A stretch of DNA of 64,000 nt from Saccostrea echinata. Its lineage: Eukaryota. A model generated the notes under the pieces. It did not search any database. It worked only from the letters and a program-made list of their open reading frames with translations, and had not been told where the DNA came from. The DNA is taken from positions 50,220,001 to 50,284,000 of the forward strand of contig NW_026889750.1 in assembly GCF_033153115.1 (NCBI RefSeq). Reading direction: 5' to 3'. Shown piece by piece: positions 38,501-51,249 of this stretch. The translations under genes were made by a program, and so were the position numbers. How positions within the stretch are numbered: the stretch's first letter is position 1; each line of letters opens with the position of its first letter.

Positions 38501-41500
38501 TCCTACAGCCTTGGTGGGAGGGGGGGGGGTATATTACCCATCATGACCATCATGAATACAGCTGTAGGACTTTACTTCTAATAGACCAGCCACAGAAAAT
38601 AACTGAATAAAGTTATAAAATTGATAGTGTATAGCTGCAACTGATTTTTGGATAAGCATCATCAGTTTAAAGAATAACTAACTTTGGCATAAGCTATAGG
38701 CACAGAAAATGAATATGCATAGAATAGACTCAAAACTGATTCCAGTGTCATCTTCTTTCTGCTTCGATACACATTTTCTTTTTATTTACAGATTTCCACC
38801 CAGAACAAAGAGCTCAAGCGACAGTCTAAAATGTTACTAGAGCTTCAGGGACCTAATCCCCCAGATATCACACAGATGAACCTTGATCTTGATGAGAAAG
38901 AGGACTCCATTGAGGACTTCCGAAAGGAGCAGGCAGAGATAATTCAGAGTAAGGTCCTCCTGACATGTAAACAGTCATAGATCTAATATCTAATGTAAAC
39001 AATAATAATCATTATTATAATGCTTACTGAATTTCTTTCAGAGCTAGAAGAGGAGCTAGTCACAGTCAAAGAAGAGTTGTCTTCCCTTAGAGAGGACCTG
39101 GCCATTGAGAAGGAACATTCCAATAAGTGGAAGCACAAGGTGGATTATTTTATGTACAGTCATTTTTTATAATGTTGTCAGATGTTTTAACTCCATCAGA
39201 TCTGTGTATAAATAATGAGAGGTCCTATTCTGTTGGGTTTAGTTTGAGGAAATGAAGGAGAGCCGGGCTGAAGCTGAGATAGTGGTGGAGCAGTACAAGG
39301 AAGCCATGATGGAACTTGAGAAAGGTAGATAACTCTACCAAATGACATGTCATGTGACTTTATTTTCGCTGAGTGGTAGCATAGCATTGAATCACAGGAC
39401 ATAGTTATGTTGTATCCTCTGTCCTCTGTTTGATGAGTAATTGTAAAGTTACTTCCCTTTATCAGTCATACGTACTTTATTTTCACATGTAGATAACTTA
39501 ACAAAGTCCTGTTAAAACAAACTTCTAGCAAATAAAATACCATTTATTGTATTATTCTTTTATCAGTGTCTGAGGGAGCAGTGAGGGAGTATGAAGCATT
39601 GCAGCAGAGGTATGAGTTAGAGCAGCAGTGTCGCAGTGGAGCAGAAAAGTTTGCTACCGAGGTTCGTATTGATGTTAGTTACTGAGGAATATACTGATGA
39701 AGTTATGTTTCATGTGTCAGAAACTTTCTGTTATTGGTTTCTTTGTTGTTGAGAATGGTGTTCTTCAACAAACGTTTTACTTTGTCATGGTCAAGATGAC
39801 AATCAGTACTGCTTTTAATTTTCTATCAGGGTGTTGGCATTGCCATTGTCAACAGCATTATATTTCATGAACACATCTTGTTGTATGATAAATATCGTGA
39901 AATATCTAAATTTATCGTTCTTCCTCTCAGATTCGAATTCAGAATGAGGCAATGAAGAAACAGAGTATGATCCTCCTGACAGAAGCAGCGTCTGATCCCA
40001 AACTGATGATGGCGCTGGCAGAGGTGGAACAGCTTACCCAGGATTTAGAAACCCAGAAACAGAAATATGAGCAGGAGGTATCTATTGACAAATTGGATTC
40101 TTAACCTGAATAAATGTCAGCAATATTTAGAAAACATCAATCTGTTTAACTTCCCTATGGTTAAGACATTTGGTTTCCCTTTTATGGATTAAAAAGATTA
40201 CACCCTGTAATGGGTCTTTTTATTGATCACCAAATTAAGCAATTATCCATAAATTGATAATATATTTTTTGTGTGATTAATTTTTTGCAATTTTAAGGCT
40301 TCCTCTAATTATTTTCTCCCACACCATTTGTGATTAAACTATTAACAATGTTTACATGTATATTTAACCATCTCTAGAATGCCAAAAGAGATGGCTACTT
40401 AAATTTTCTGTTATGCGATATATGATCTGAGTAACAATGTACTGTATTTTAGAACAATGTTTTCAATGTTTTCTCTGGTATTTGGAGTTAGTCGCCACTA
40501 ATCCGACCTTGTCTCTGGTATTAGTTGATTGAGACTGGTAATTGTTTCGTAGATTAAGGAGCTGAAGGAGAAGGCTGAGGACATCGTGGTGGAGGAGCCA
40601 GATAACTCAGCTTTTCTGGAGGAGATCAGCAGGCTAGAGGACCGGGTCAAACAGTTTGAGGAGCAGTACAATGTACTGCAGGAAAAATGTAAGTCTAAAA
40701 TAGAAATATCAAGAAATAGGACGTATATTATACATTGATGCAGGTTAAGTAAATTATGTATTTTATAAATGTTTCATTCTTATGTGTAGACAAAGCCTTG
40801 GAGGTGAAGTTTGAGGAAGCAACAAGACCCCCACCCCCTCCTCCTCCTCCCCCACCCCCATCACTGACCACCAAATCTAAAGGGTATGTATACTCAGTTT
40901 TAATCATCAAGCAGGTGTAGACCTTAACTTATTTATAGTTAATACACATTAAGATACAGTTAAAAAAAACCATATTAGAAACATATTGAATTTTTTTCTT
41001 TGGGGATTTGTAAAAATTTTCCTTAAAAGAAGGTTTCCTTTTAAGTGAGTTCTGTATAAGCAGTTTTACTGTAGTTTATCAAGTACATATTACATGTTTG
41101 TGTAGAACAGATTTGATTTCAAATTTGTTCAATTGCTGGATATTTCTTTAGGGAAGATGGACACATGCAAGTGACTCAAATACATGTAGTGATTTAAAAT
41201 ATTTCAGATTTCTGTCTCGACTGAAGAGAGACGGATCAAAGAAAAAGAAAAAGCCAGCTGCTGGTGCTTGTAGGTACCAACTTAATTTATAAACTGAACT
41301 GAGAACCAAAGTTATAAACTAAACTGAGAACAGTTGTAACAAATTCTTAGCTTAGCATGATATGTTATCAAACAGGATGCATTATTTGAAATACAACATA
41401 ATATTTCAGTGCAAAATCCAGCAATGAATGACAACTTTTCAAAAGCAATGAGTGAAATGATGGAACGTATCAACAGTGGGAAGCCATTAACGTCTAGTGG

Positions 41501-44500
41501 ACGCACAGTCAAACGTAGGGTAAGTCTCAACAGACTAAGGGTCGCACAGTCAAATGTAGGCTAAGACTCAGCAGGTTAGGGAGCACACAGTCAAACGTAG
41601 GGTAAGACTCAGCAGGCTAGGGGGCACACAGTCAAATGTAGGGTAAGACTCAGCAGGCCGGGGGCACACAGTCAAATGTAGGGTGTAAGACTCAGCAGGC
41701 TCGGGGACACACAGTCAAACAAAGGGTAAGACTCATCAGGCTAGGGGGCACACAGTCAAATGTAGGGTAAGACTCAGCAGGCTAGGGGGCACACAGTCAA
41801 ATGTAGGGTAAGAATCAGCAGGCTTGGGGCACACAGTCAAATGTAGGGTAAGAATCAGCAGGCTTGGGGCACACAGTCAAATGTAGGGTAAGAATCAGCA
41901 GGCTAGGGGACACACAGTCAAATGTAGGGTAAGCAGTGATTTTTTTGGAGTCAAAATGCCACCGATATTCGGCTGTTTCCCCTCGCAAAAATTAGCTATT
42001 TTTTCCCAATTATTAGTATATTTTTCCCAATTTCAAACATACGAAAATTATGTTTTAATTTTGAATAAAAGTCGCTAAATTTGCTTCAAGTCCGTGCATA
42101 TGCAGGCGCTTTTTTTAATGAATGTGTAAAACAATGTAGATATCCATACAGCAGATGAGTAGCTTATAATATTCTTAATGAATTGGTAAATAGTTCCCAG
42201 ATACAAGTCATGTTGCATGTTGACATAATGATTTTGATTTGACCGCCATTATTACAGAGAGGGTCAGGCTAATAACAGGAAATCGACAACACATAGGGTT
42301 TCACTAAAATCAGGAAAAAACAAGCAGTAAAGACTGTTAACTTGATTATCAATATAAGACAGTTTACTATATTATAAGTCTAAATGCTGTTTTGTTTTTG
42401 TTGTTGTTTTTTTTTTTATGAAATTAGATAAAGCAATTCCAAGAAAATAGAAGCTACAAGATGTGACTAATATAAGCCATGTTCACATTCAATAAAATAT
42501 TGATGTTAATTTTTTAAAATGATTATTATATATGAATTTAAATCAAATTCAAAGTTAAAATCAAACAAAATCAGATGTTGTTACTTAGTTTGATTATTTT
42601 ATGTATTTTTTAGCATTCTAATTTACTATAAATGATTTTTCCCAATTTAAAGAAAATTTCGCTAATTTTTCCCAATTCAAAAGGAGGGGGTGGTGGTTTA
42701 AAAAACAAAAAAAAAATCACTGGGTAAGACTCTTCATCCTAGGGCTAAAGACTTAAGTGTGTGTGTGTGACAGCTGGTTTATCAACTAGAGTTATGGTAT
42801 ATTCAGGTTACACTATACATTACTTGTCAGTTATTATATTATTCAGAATGAGATACATGATAAATGATATCCTTAGGTTACACTGTCAGCATATTATTAC
42901 ACAGTGAATGTAACAGCCCTGTTTAACTGTAGGGATCTAAATCCAGTACAGGTGCACTAGGATCCGTGTCGGAGGAGGTACAAACATGAACTGCTTTAAT
43001 GTCGCACTTGCAGCATGAGAAATTACAGTCGTCCTTTTGCCTGAAAACATAAATAAACTGACTTCTTGTTTGTAGCTTTTATCCATCCTATATTGATGGT
43101 TTTGGTATTTGATCAAATCTTCAAGTGCATGATAAACCTGTATTTTGTTTCTTTGTTGTATGTTATGACACATACCTTAATGTAGTTTTACATGTAAGAA
43201 GGTAGCATTTAAAGTCTCCTGACAAACACTCCTTTCTTTATCAAATGATTCATTTTCATTAATTGTCTGTCTGTATTAGGTCTTTCTTTCATCTACTTTA
43301 TCATTTCTGAAGCATGCACAGAATGCTGTAGTGAAATATTAAAAAAGCACAATTGAAAACAAGTAAAAGATGCATGAAAAGAAATTGCTCTGTCAGTGAT
43401 GGTTTAGTACATGGCATTGTATTAAATTCCACTGTATAGCAATCATAAGATGATTTTTTTCTCTTGGTGTTAGCTATCACAGCATGTAATTTCATAGTTT
43501 GGCTTGAATCTTAAATTTGCATTCTTTACTGTGATACATCATTGAATTTTGGAAAAATAAATTGTTTATTTTCAAAAGTAAGGAAGTAATTGGCATAAAT
43601 TATTAATTTAGTTTTTATTTTACAGCCCTCAGAGGGAGGCACTGAGGAGACAGGGGCCATGAAAGAATTAAACAACATACTAGTAAGTAATCAACATAAG
43701 TAAACAACATACTAGTAAGTAGTCAACACACTAGTAAGTAGTCAACATACTAGTAAGTAATCAACATACTAGTAAGTAAACATACTTGTTGAGTAATCAA
43801 CATACTTGTAAGTAATCAACATACTAGTAAGTAAACTACTAGTAAGTAAACAACATACCAGTCTTAGTAAGTAAACAACATACTAGTAAGTAATCAACAT
43901 TCTAGTAACATATAAAAGTAAAAATATAATAGTTATACTAGTAAGTAAACAGCATTAAGGAGCAACAATATACTAAATAGGAAACAACTATTATTAAGTT
44001 AACAACAGACTAGTAAGTAGAATGAGTTAACAACATACTAGTAAGTAAAAATAAGTAAACTTATGGGTTAACAACATACATGTACTAGTAAGAAGTAAGT
44101 AAAAAGAACATACTAGTAAATTAACAATTTACTTGAGAGTAAACAGCATACTAGTCTAGCAAAAAAGCAATATTCTAAGGAGTAAACAACATATTAGTTA
44201 GTAAACAAAATTTGAGTAAGTAAACAACATACTTGTAAGTTAATAATATACATGTATATTGGTAATTAAACATCATACTACTGAGTAAACAGTGAAAAGG
44301 TTTGTCATCTTATGTTTTAACAGTGGGTATTTGGATTTCCAGTATGTGAAGATAATCTTCATTTTTTCATACTTTATGATTTGAATGACAGAAAAAGATG
44401 AAACGTACCCAGAGTGAAGCTGATCTCTTAAACATGGGTGGTGGCCCCAAGGGCGATGAATCAACACCAGACATACCCAAGGAACCTGCCTTCAAGTTCT

Positions 44501-46566
44501 CTCTTAAAAAAAGAGCACCTGTTGATTCTGGAACTCCAGGTAATTATTATAGAATTAACTTGTGGTGTGACTGGCTCACATTGCTTAGTACAGCTACATG
44601 TATATGTAGTGTAATTGTGTAAGATACCTAGCATGCTTGATTCTGATAAAATTCAGCTGATCCTAACTTAGCCAGGTAAATCTGACTATCCTAACTTAGC
44701 CAGGTAAATCTGACTATCTTAACTTAGCCAGGTAAATCTGACTATGTGCTAAGAATCAAGCAACCTGGCCTGTGTTCGATAATTGAAATATTGTATTTCT
44801 ATTGAAAAACATTACCTAGCATAGAAAATGACTACACTTTAAAAATTATGTCATTTTCACCAGCCTTCCTCAAAATAAAAGCTTCATGTCTTAAAGTAAA
44901 CTACTTTCGACACGACTATCAGCAAGAAGGCCATGTTAAAGCTGAGTGAGCCTATCAAATTTTTCAAGTCCAGTCAGCTCACAGGGTGAAGTGAGTGCAA
45001 AACCAGCTCTCAATCAAGTGTGTTGCTGGTCATCACAGGTTTACAGGGGCAAGCCTGATTCATTAGAATCAAATATGCTAAACATATCAGCAATGGGTAT
45101 TCAGTTTTTCAATCAGCAGGGTTGTCCCTAAGACCCAGGGTCCTGGGAATTTCCCTGTCTATAATGATGTTATCCCCGTGGTACTCTGGTATTCCTCCTC
45201 AAACTTTTGTTAGTGGAGGGACCCCAGACCCCCTTCTACATTTTTAATGTTTCCTCCTATTCAATTCTTAGGAACAAGCCTGAATCTGTGTATTATTTTT
45301 TTGTTGAGAGTAAATTGATATTACTTAGTATTTGTCTTATCAGTTGATGCTAATGAGTTTTATCAGTGCTATCTAAAAAGTAAAATCCAAAAATATGAAA
45401 AAGAATTCAAAACTACATTTAGTTAAAAAAAAAAAAAAAAAAAAGAAGAAGTTACAACTTTGAATCCTTTCTTCAATTCAGTGCAAAATTAATTTTACTG
45501 AAGATCAGGAAATCTGAATGTTTCTAACAGAGGACTTAATGGATCAAAAGTTATCTGAAGCTGGGCAGTAGTAAGATTTCTATAGTGTATCATGAACCTT
45601 TACTTCTTCATATATGTATGTGTATATATAGTCCACTGTTGTTATCGATTATTTATTGTGATGATTGCTGAGTCCTATCTCAGTTTACTCCATCAGCTGA
45701 TACTTTGTACTTTCGCTTTTGTTTACATAGACACTCAGACATCAGAACGTACCATTATGTATCGTCAGTATTCTTATATACCTTTCAGGCTTTACATATT
45801 TTTCTTACTATACAGTATATCATGAGTCATGGTACAGTTCACACTTACTGTACAGTATGTCATGAATCATGGTACAGTTCACACTTACTGTACAGTATGT
45901 CATGAATCATGGTACAGTTCACACTTACTGTACAGTATATCACGGATCATGGTACAGTTCACACTTACTGTACAGTATGTCAGGAATCATTGCACAGTTC
46001 ACACTTACTGTACAGTATATCAGGAATCATGGTACAGTTCACACTTACTGTACAGTATATCAGGAATCATGGTACAGTTCATGCTTAGTGTTATGCAGGT
46101 CTTACTGTATAAGTAACATTTGTTAAGGGGTCTAAATTTCATACATGTTACATTAAGACCATAGGTTTTCAGTCATTTTAGAGCACTTCATCCTTTGAAT
46201 ATCATGATATTTTATTTGTGATATTGTTGATATATCATTTGAAGTGAATAAATCCCCAATAAAATGAATTTGTTTCGTATGGGTTTTGAGATATAAAGGT
46301 TAATGATCGTACGACACAAGAGTCTTATTAGTCTATATCTTGGAATTTAAGTTATTTGAGTCGACACAATTTTTGCTGTTTTGAGGTTAGTATGATGATT
46401 TAGCCACCTGAGGAGTACAATATTCACTGAAAAAACAATCTTTTGTTCTTATGAATGTATTGCAGAAAAAGAGAAGGAGAAGCCCGAATTCCTGACCGCT
46501 AATTTCAAGTTGAAAGGGGGCCGTTTAAAGGAGCTTCTCAACCCAGGGGAAGAAGACAATAAATAG
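35502..46566 (+). CDS. SHTN1: Shootin-1-like coiled-coil / polyproline protein
   Basis: Phase-consistent exons 35502-35604, 36288-36340, 36697-36757, 36944-37038, 38792-38948, 39042-39139, 39243-39324, 39567-39661, 39931-40077, 40553-40688, 40790-40883, 41208-41269, 41410-41519, 43626-43682, 44392-44539, 46466-46566. Motifs EIEFDCRTQAEVLATKISTQNKELKRQS, AVREYEALQQRYELEQQCRSGAEKFATE, poly-Pro, AMSEMMERINSG resemble shootin-1. Confidence 0.85.
37013..38480 (+). repeat. ~57-bp tandem repeat (~25 copies) containing GCTGAGGTGTTAGCTACTAAG|GTAAGT
   Basis: First copy overlaps the end of exon 36944-37038. Confidence 0.92.
41503..41933 (+). repeat. ~41-bp tandem repeat (11 copies) containing CACAGTCAAAYGTAGG|GTAAG
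   Basis: First copy is the end of exon 41410-41519. Confidence 0.92.
41934..42722. mobile_element. Non-autonomous DNA transposon with 6-bp TSD GGTAAG
   Basis: GGTAAG|CAGTGATTTTTTT ... AAAAAAAATCACTG|GGTAAG; the host repeat resumes (ACTC..CTAGGG) afterwards. Confidence 0.8.
43671..44290 (+). repeat. ~19-bp degenerate minisatellite containing AACAACATACTA|GTAAGT
   Basis: First copy is the end of exon 43626-43682; copies decay distally. Confidence 0.85.
44655..44744. repeat. 29-bp tandem repeat x3
   Basis: CTGACTATCCTAACTTAGCCAGGTAAAT repeated. Confidence 0.8.
45808..46082. repeat. 40-bp tandem repeat (~6.5 copies) with internal palindrome TACTGTACAGTA
   Basis: Unit ATCATGGTACAGTTCACACTTACTGTACAGTATGTCATGA. 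Confidence 0.9.
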
Positions 46567-48137
46567 GTTACTTGTTTTGGTCGTAGAATTTAAAGATTCT
46601 TATTAAATTAATATGGAATTACATGTACATTCTGATTCAAGTAATCAAAAAAATTAACATGACTTTTAATTTTGGTATTATCACTTGCTGCCTTTTAAAG
46701 GTATAATTTCAGTGTGTATTTTTTTCACAGATGTTTGTTTCTATAACTGAATATATATTTCTTTTATTATTTTTGTTTTAATTTATGTTATCTTTCATTA
46801 AAGAACTGGTCAAATCCTATGTAGCTGAGTGTCAAGATTGTACGAAATATAAATATGATTAAAACAAACACTAGATAGCGGAACAGTTGCTGTTTAACAA
46901 ATGAATATTAATAAGTGTTGACCAATATTTTCTAAAGTAATACTGTGAGAATTGATCAATAATGCTTGGTACTTTTTGTTCTTCATATTCTATAATTTAT
47001 TTACAATGCTCTTCTGAGAGATGGTTGAAAATTGTTTCTCACTGCTTCATACTTTTGTAAATTGTTGAGTTAACTTTTTAAGGACGTCAATAAAAGACAT
47101 AACTTTAATTCTTATTATGTAAAGTAAGGTTTGAATGTGACTTAATATAAGATTACCATAGATAATATCCTTCTATGGGGTTTGGGAGACCAATTACACA
47201 AGCAAGAAGCAAAATTGTGCTTTTTGAGTGTACTCTGTGGACAAAAATCATTATACTGTAAACAAGAAGCCAGGACCTTAATGGTCACCTGAGTATAATA
47301 CAACATTGTGAAGGATCCCCAGAAGTATAAATTTAAAAAAAAAAACTGACAGATGAAAATATATTGCCCAAAAGCAAGAGAATTATGATGATCAGGGATC
47401 AACAAAGTAGTTAGTATAGTACTCGGTAACAAATATTTACTTGCCTGTAGTGCCAGTGCTAACACACTCCCATTTGTCAATATAGCCATACAGAGTTACA
47501 GACTTCACAATACAATATTGTTATATCTTTAAAAAAAAATGTTTCCTAGATAAATCTATACTTAACAAAAGTCTAAAATTTCCAATGTTTTACTGAGCGG
47601 TCATAAAATAAAATCAATGTTAGACCAGGGACCGAGATATTGGACCTGTCAATGAGATACTGGGCCTCTTACATCACACTGTGGGTGGAATCAGCTATAT
47701 CTTTTTTGCATTCAATGGTGTTCAACAGTTACGGAATTAACCGAGTTTAAATGGCAGTGCTGGGGATTGCAACTTATAGTGAAGATTAAACTTTCTCAAA
47801 AGCAAATCAAATATGTTGGTACTTAATGTAAGGTCTTGTCTCAAGGAATATACCTGTGAAATATGAAAGCCCTAGCAGCAACCATTGAAAAGATATAGAA
47901 AAGGGTTAATTTTTTAAAGTAGGTCAAACATCAAGCTCAAATGGTCAAAATTAATGGTACCCAAGGAAAGGCCTTCTCACAAGAAATACACATGTGAAAT
48001 ATGAAAGCCCTAGCACCAACCATTCAAAAGTTATGGCCAAGGTTAAAGTTTTTCGAAAGAAAATCAAACTCCAGGGTCAAAGGGTCAAAGTTGTTGGTAT
48101 CCAAAGTAAGGTCAAAATAAGGTATTTTTTGTCTCAT

Positions 48138-48155
48138 TTTTAGCTCACCTGAGCT

Positions 48156-48198
<43 letters not shown>

Positions 48199-48256
48199 GT
48201 CGGTGTCGTCGTCGTCGTTGTAAACTTTTCACAACTTCATCTTCTTCTCCAGAACT

Positions 48257-48287
<31 letters not shown>

Positions 48288-48295
48288 AGCATCCA

Positions 48296-48340
<45 letters not shown>

Positions 48341-49662
48341 CTTTCAAGGGGAGATAATAGAGAATTTGTGAAAAATTAATAGCATCTTTTAAAAATCTTC
48401 TTCTTAAGAACCACAGGGCCAGGAAGATGGAACTCATGTGGAAGCATCCTCAGGTAGTGTAGATTCAAGTTTCTTCAAATCATGACCCCCGGCGGTAGGG
48501 CAGGGCCACAATGGAAGATCAAAGTTTTACATAGAAATATATAGGAAAAACCTTTAAAAATCTTCTTCTCAAGAACAGCAAAGCCATGATGAGTCATATT
48601 TATATGGAAGCAGCCTCAGGTAGTGTAAATTCAAGTTTGTTCCAATCATGACCCCCGGGGGAAGGGCGGGGCTACAATGGAAGATCAAAATTTTACATAG
48701 ATATATATAGGAAAAACCTTAAAAAAATTTTCTCAGGAAGAGCAGAGCCATGATGAGTCATATTTATATGGAAGCATCCTCAGGTAGTGTAGATTCAAGT
48801 TTGTTCAAATCATTACCCCCAGGGGTAGGGCGGGGCCACAATGGAGGATCAAAGTTTTACGTAGAAATATATAGGAAAAATCTTTAAAGATCTTCTTCTC
48901 AAGAACAGCAAAGCCATGATGAGTCATTTATATGGAAGCATCCTCAGGTAGTGTAGATTCAAGTTTGTTCAAATCATGACCCCTGGGGGTAGGGCGGGTC
49001 CACAATGAACTATCAAAGTTTTACATAGAATTATATAGGAAAAATCTTTAAAAATCTTCTTCTCAGAAACAGCAAAGCCCTGATTGATCATATTTATATG
49101 GAAGCATCCTGAGGTAGTGTAGATTCTATTTTGATCAAATCATGACCCCAGGGGTAGGGTGGGGCCACAATGGAGGATCAAAGTCTTAAATAGAAATATA
49201 TAGGAAAATTTCTTCTGAAGAAGAACTGCAAAGCCATGATTAGTCATTTTGATATGAAAGCATCCTCAGGTAATGTAGATTCAAGTTTCTTAAAATGATG
49301 ACCCCCGGGGATAAGGTCGGGCCACAATGCAGGATCAAAAATTTTACATAAGAACATATAGGAAAAATATTTCTTCTCAAAAACAGAAAAGCTATGTTTA
49401 GTCATATTGATATGGAAGCATCCTCAGGTAGTGTAGATTCAAGTTTGTTCAAATGATGACCCCTGGGATAGAGAGGAGCCACAATGGGGGATCAAATTTT
49501 TACAAAGGAATATGTGGGAAATTTTTTTAAAAATCTTCTCAAGTACAACAAAGCCATTTCTTATATTGACATGGAAGCATCATCAGGTAGTTTAAAATTC
49601 AAGCCCCCCCCCCCCAAGTAAACTTTTCAATACTGAACTGATTTGTGCTTTTAGCCAATGTG

Positions 49663-49697
<35 letters not shown>
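48138..49697 (+). mobile_element. Complete HINE with ~167-bp tandem core nested in the older HINE
   Basis: 5' TTTTAGCTCACCTGAGCTGAAGGCTCAAGTGAGC, (GTC)n, tandem units, 3' CTCAGGTGAGCGATGTGGCCCATGGGCCTCTTGTT. Confidence 0.85.
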
Positions 49698-49698
<1 letters not shown>

Positions 49699-50899
49699 TT
49701 TACTTAGTATCTACCATTTACAAGTCTACCTGACTATTGAAAATATGAAAGTAATTTTTGTATTATACTAAAACTAAAAAAATGTGCATACAATTCTTTT
49801 ATTCTATTCACCTATCAATTACATAATTTACAGTGATTAATTATCATAGATGAATAGCTAAGGGGATTAACTTTTTCCGTAGAGTTCAAATTTCCCTACA
49901 AGATTAAAAAATCCTTGCATGCCCAGCACAAGAACACTTGACCCAGTGGTCATGAATTTCAGAAAGCTAGTATTAAAAAAATACCCTTGCTCATTACAAA
50001 CTTTGTAATCTGTTTTCCTCCTAGATTCCTAGGAGCAGAGAGGAAGATTTTCAAGCATTAATGGTTAATGCATCGTAATTTCAAAGAAATAATGCATTTT
50101 CACTAAATAATCAATAGAGTCCCACCCTATCACCTGAACCTCTAATCCAGGGGCCATGAATTTCATAATTTTGGAAGAAGCATCCTTGCTTATTAAAACC
50201 ATGCAATTAGTATGTGTACTAAATACTCAGGGGCAGAGAAGATTTTTAAAGAATTTTTAAAATCATGCATTTTCACAATGTGATCAATATAGACCCCAAC
50301 CATAACACCAAAACCTCTGACGCAAGGGCCATGAATTTCACGATTTCTGAAGAGGCACCCTTGCTCATCATAACCATGCAATTAGTTTGTTTGGTAAATA
50401 CCCAGATTTTCATAGAACTAATGCATTTTCACTATATGATCATGAATAGAACCCCATCCTAACACCAGAACCTTAACCCAGGAGTCATGAATTTCACAAT
50501 TTCTGAAGAGCTAGACTTCCTTGTTTATCATAACCATGCACTAAATTTATCTACTAAATACCCAGTAGTAGAACAGAACATTTTTAAAGAATAAATGCAT
50601 TTTTACTATATGATCAATAGAGCCCCGCCCTCACACCAGAACCCCTGACCCAGGGGCCATGAATTGCACAATTTGCAAAGAGCCATCCTGGCTCATCATA
50701 ACCATGCACTTTGCTAAATACTCAGGAGCAGAGAAGATTTTAAAAGAATTTATGCATTTTTACTATATGATCAACAGAGCCCCCTGCCCTGACACCAGAA
50801 CCCCTGAACCAGGGGTAATTTTCATAATTTGAAATTTGGCAAAGGGTTCAGTGCTAATTACAGTCATGCCAACAGTTTCACCTACTTGATGTCAAGGAG

Positions 50900-51168
50900 C
50901 AGTGGCAGATTTAACAGTTTAAAGGGGGCGCACCCGGCGTGTGTCCCCCTAAAGCGTAAAGTAAATCATAGTTTCATCGAGAAAATGTAAAGCCTACTCT
51001 GTAAACCTCATTTTTACCCTACAAATCTCTAGAATCCAGGAGCTACCCTGGGCCCCCACTAGGGCTTCGCCCTGGACCCACTGGGGGCCTCAAGGCGGCC
51101 CCCAGACCCCCTGCCTACTTTTGCCCCCCCCCCCCCCCCCCCCAACGTACTTCAATTCCTGGAGCCTG
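50900..51168. mobile_element. GC-rich MITE-like insertion
   Basis: Starts CAGTGGCAGATT, has C/G-run interior, interrupts the HINE unit and is flanked by AGGAG on both sides. Confidence 0.5.
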
Positions 51169-51249
51169 AGGAGTAAAGAGGAAGATTCTAAATGTTGCAT
51201 TATTTTGATGTTTTCAGCTCCTTACCTCGGTCACCAGGTTACATGTAGC

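Noticed and set aside
44864-44949. Possible extra or alternative terminal SHTN1 exon
   Set aside because: It has an acceptor and open frame, but no phase-compatible donor and no homology support.
45808-46082. 40-bp repeat as a donor array or coding region
   Set aside because: GTAAGT is on the antisense strand and no adjoining exon was found; the ORFs are repeat artefacts.
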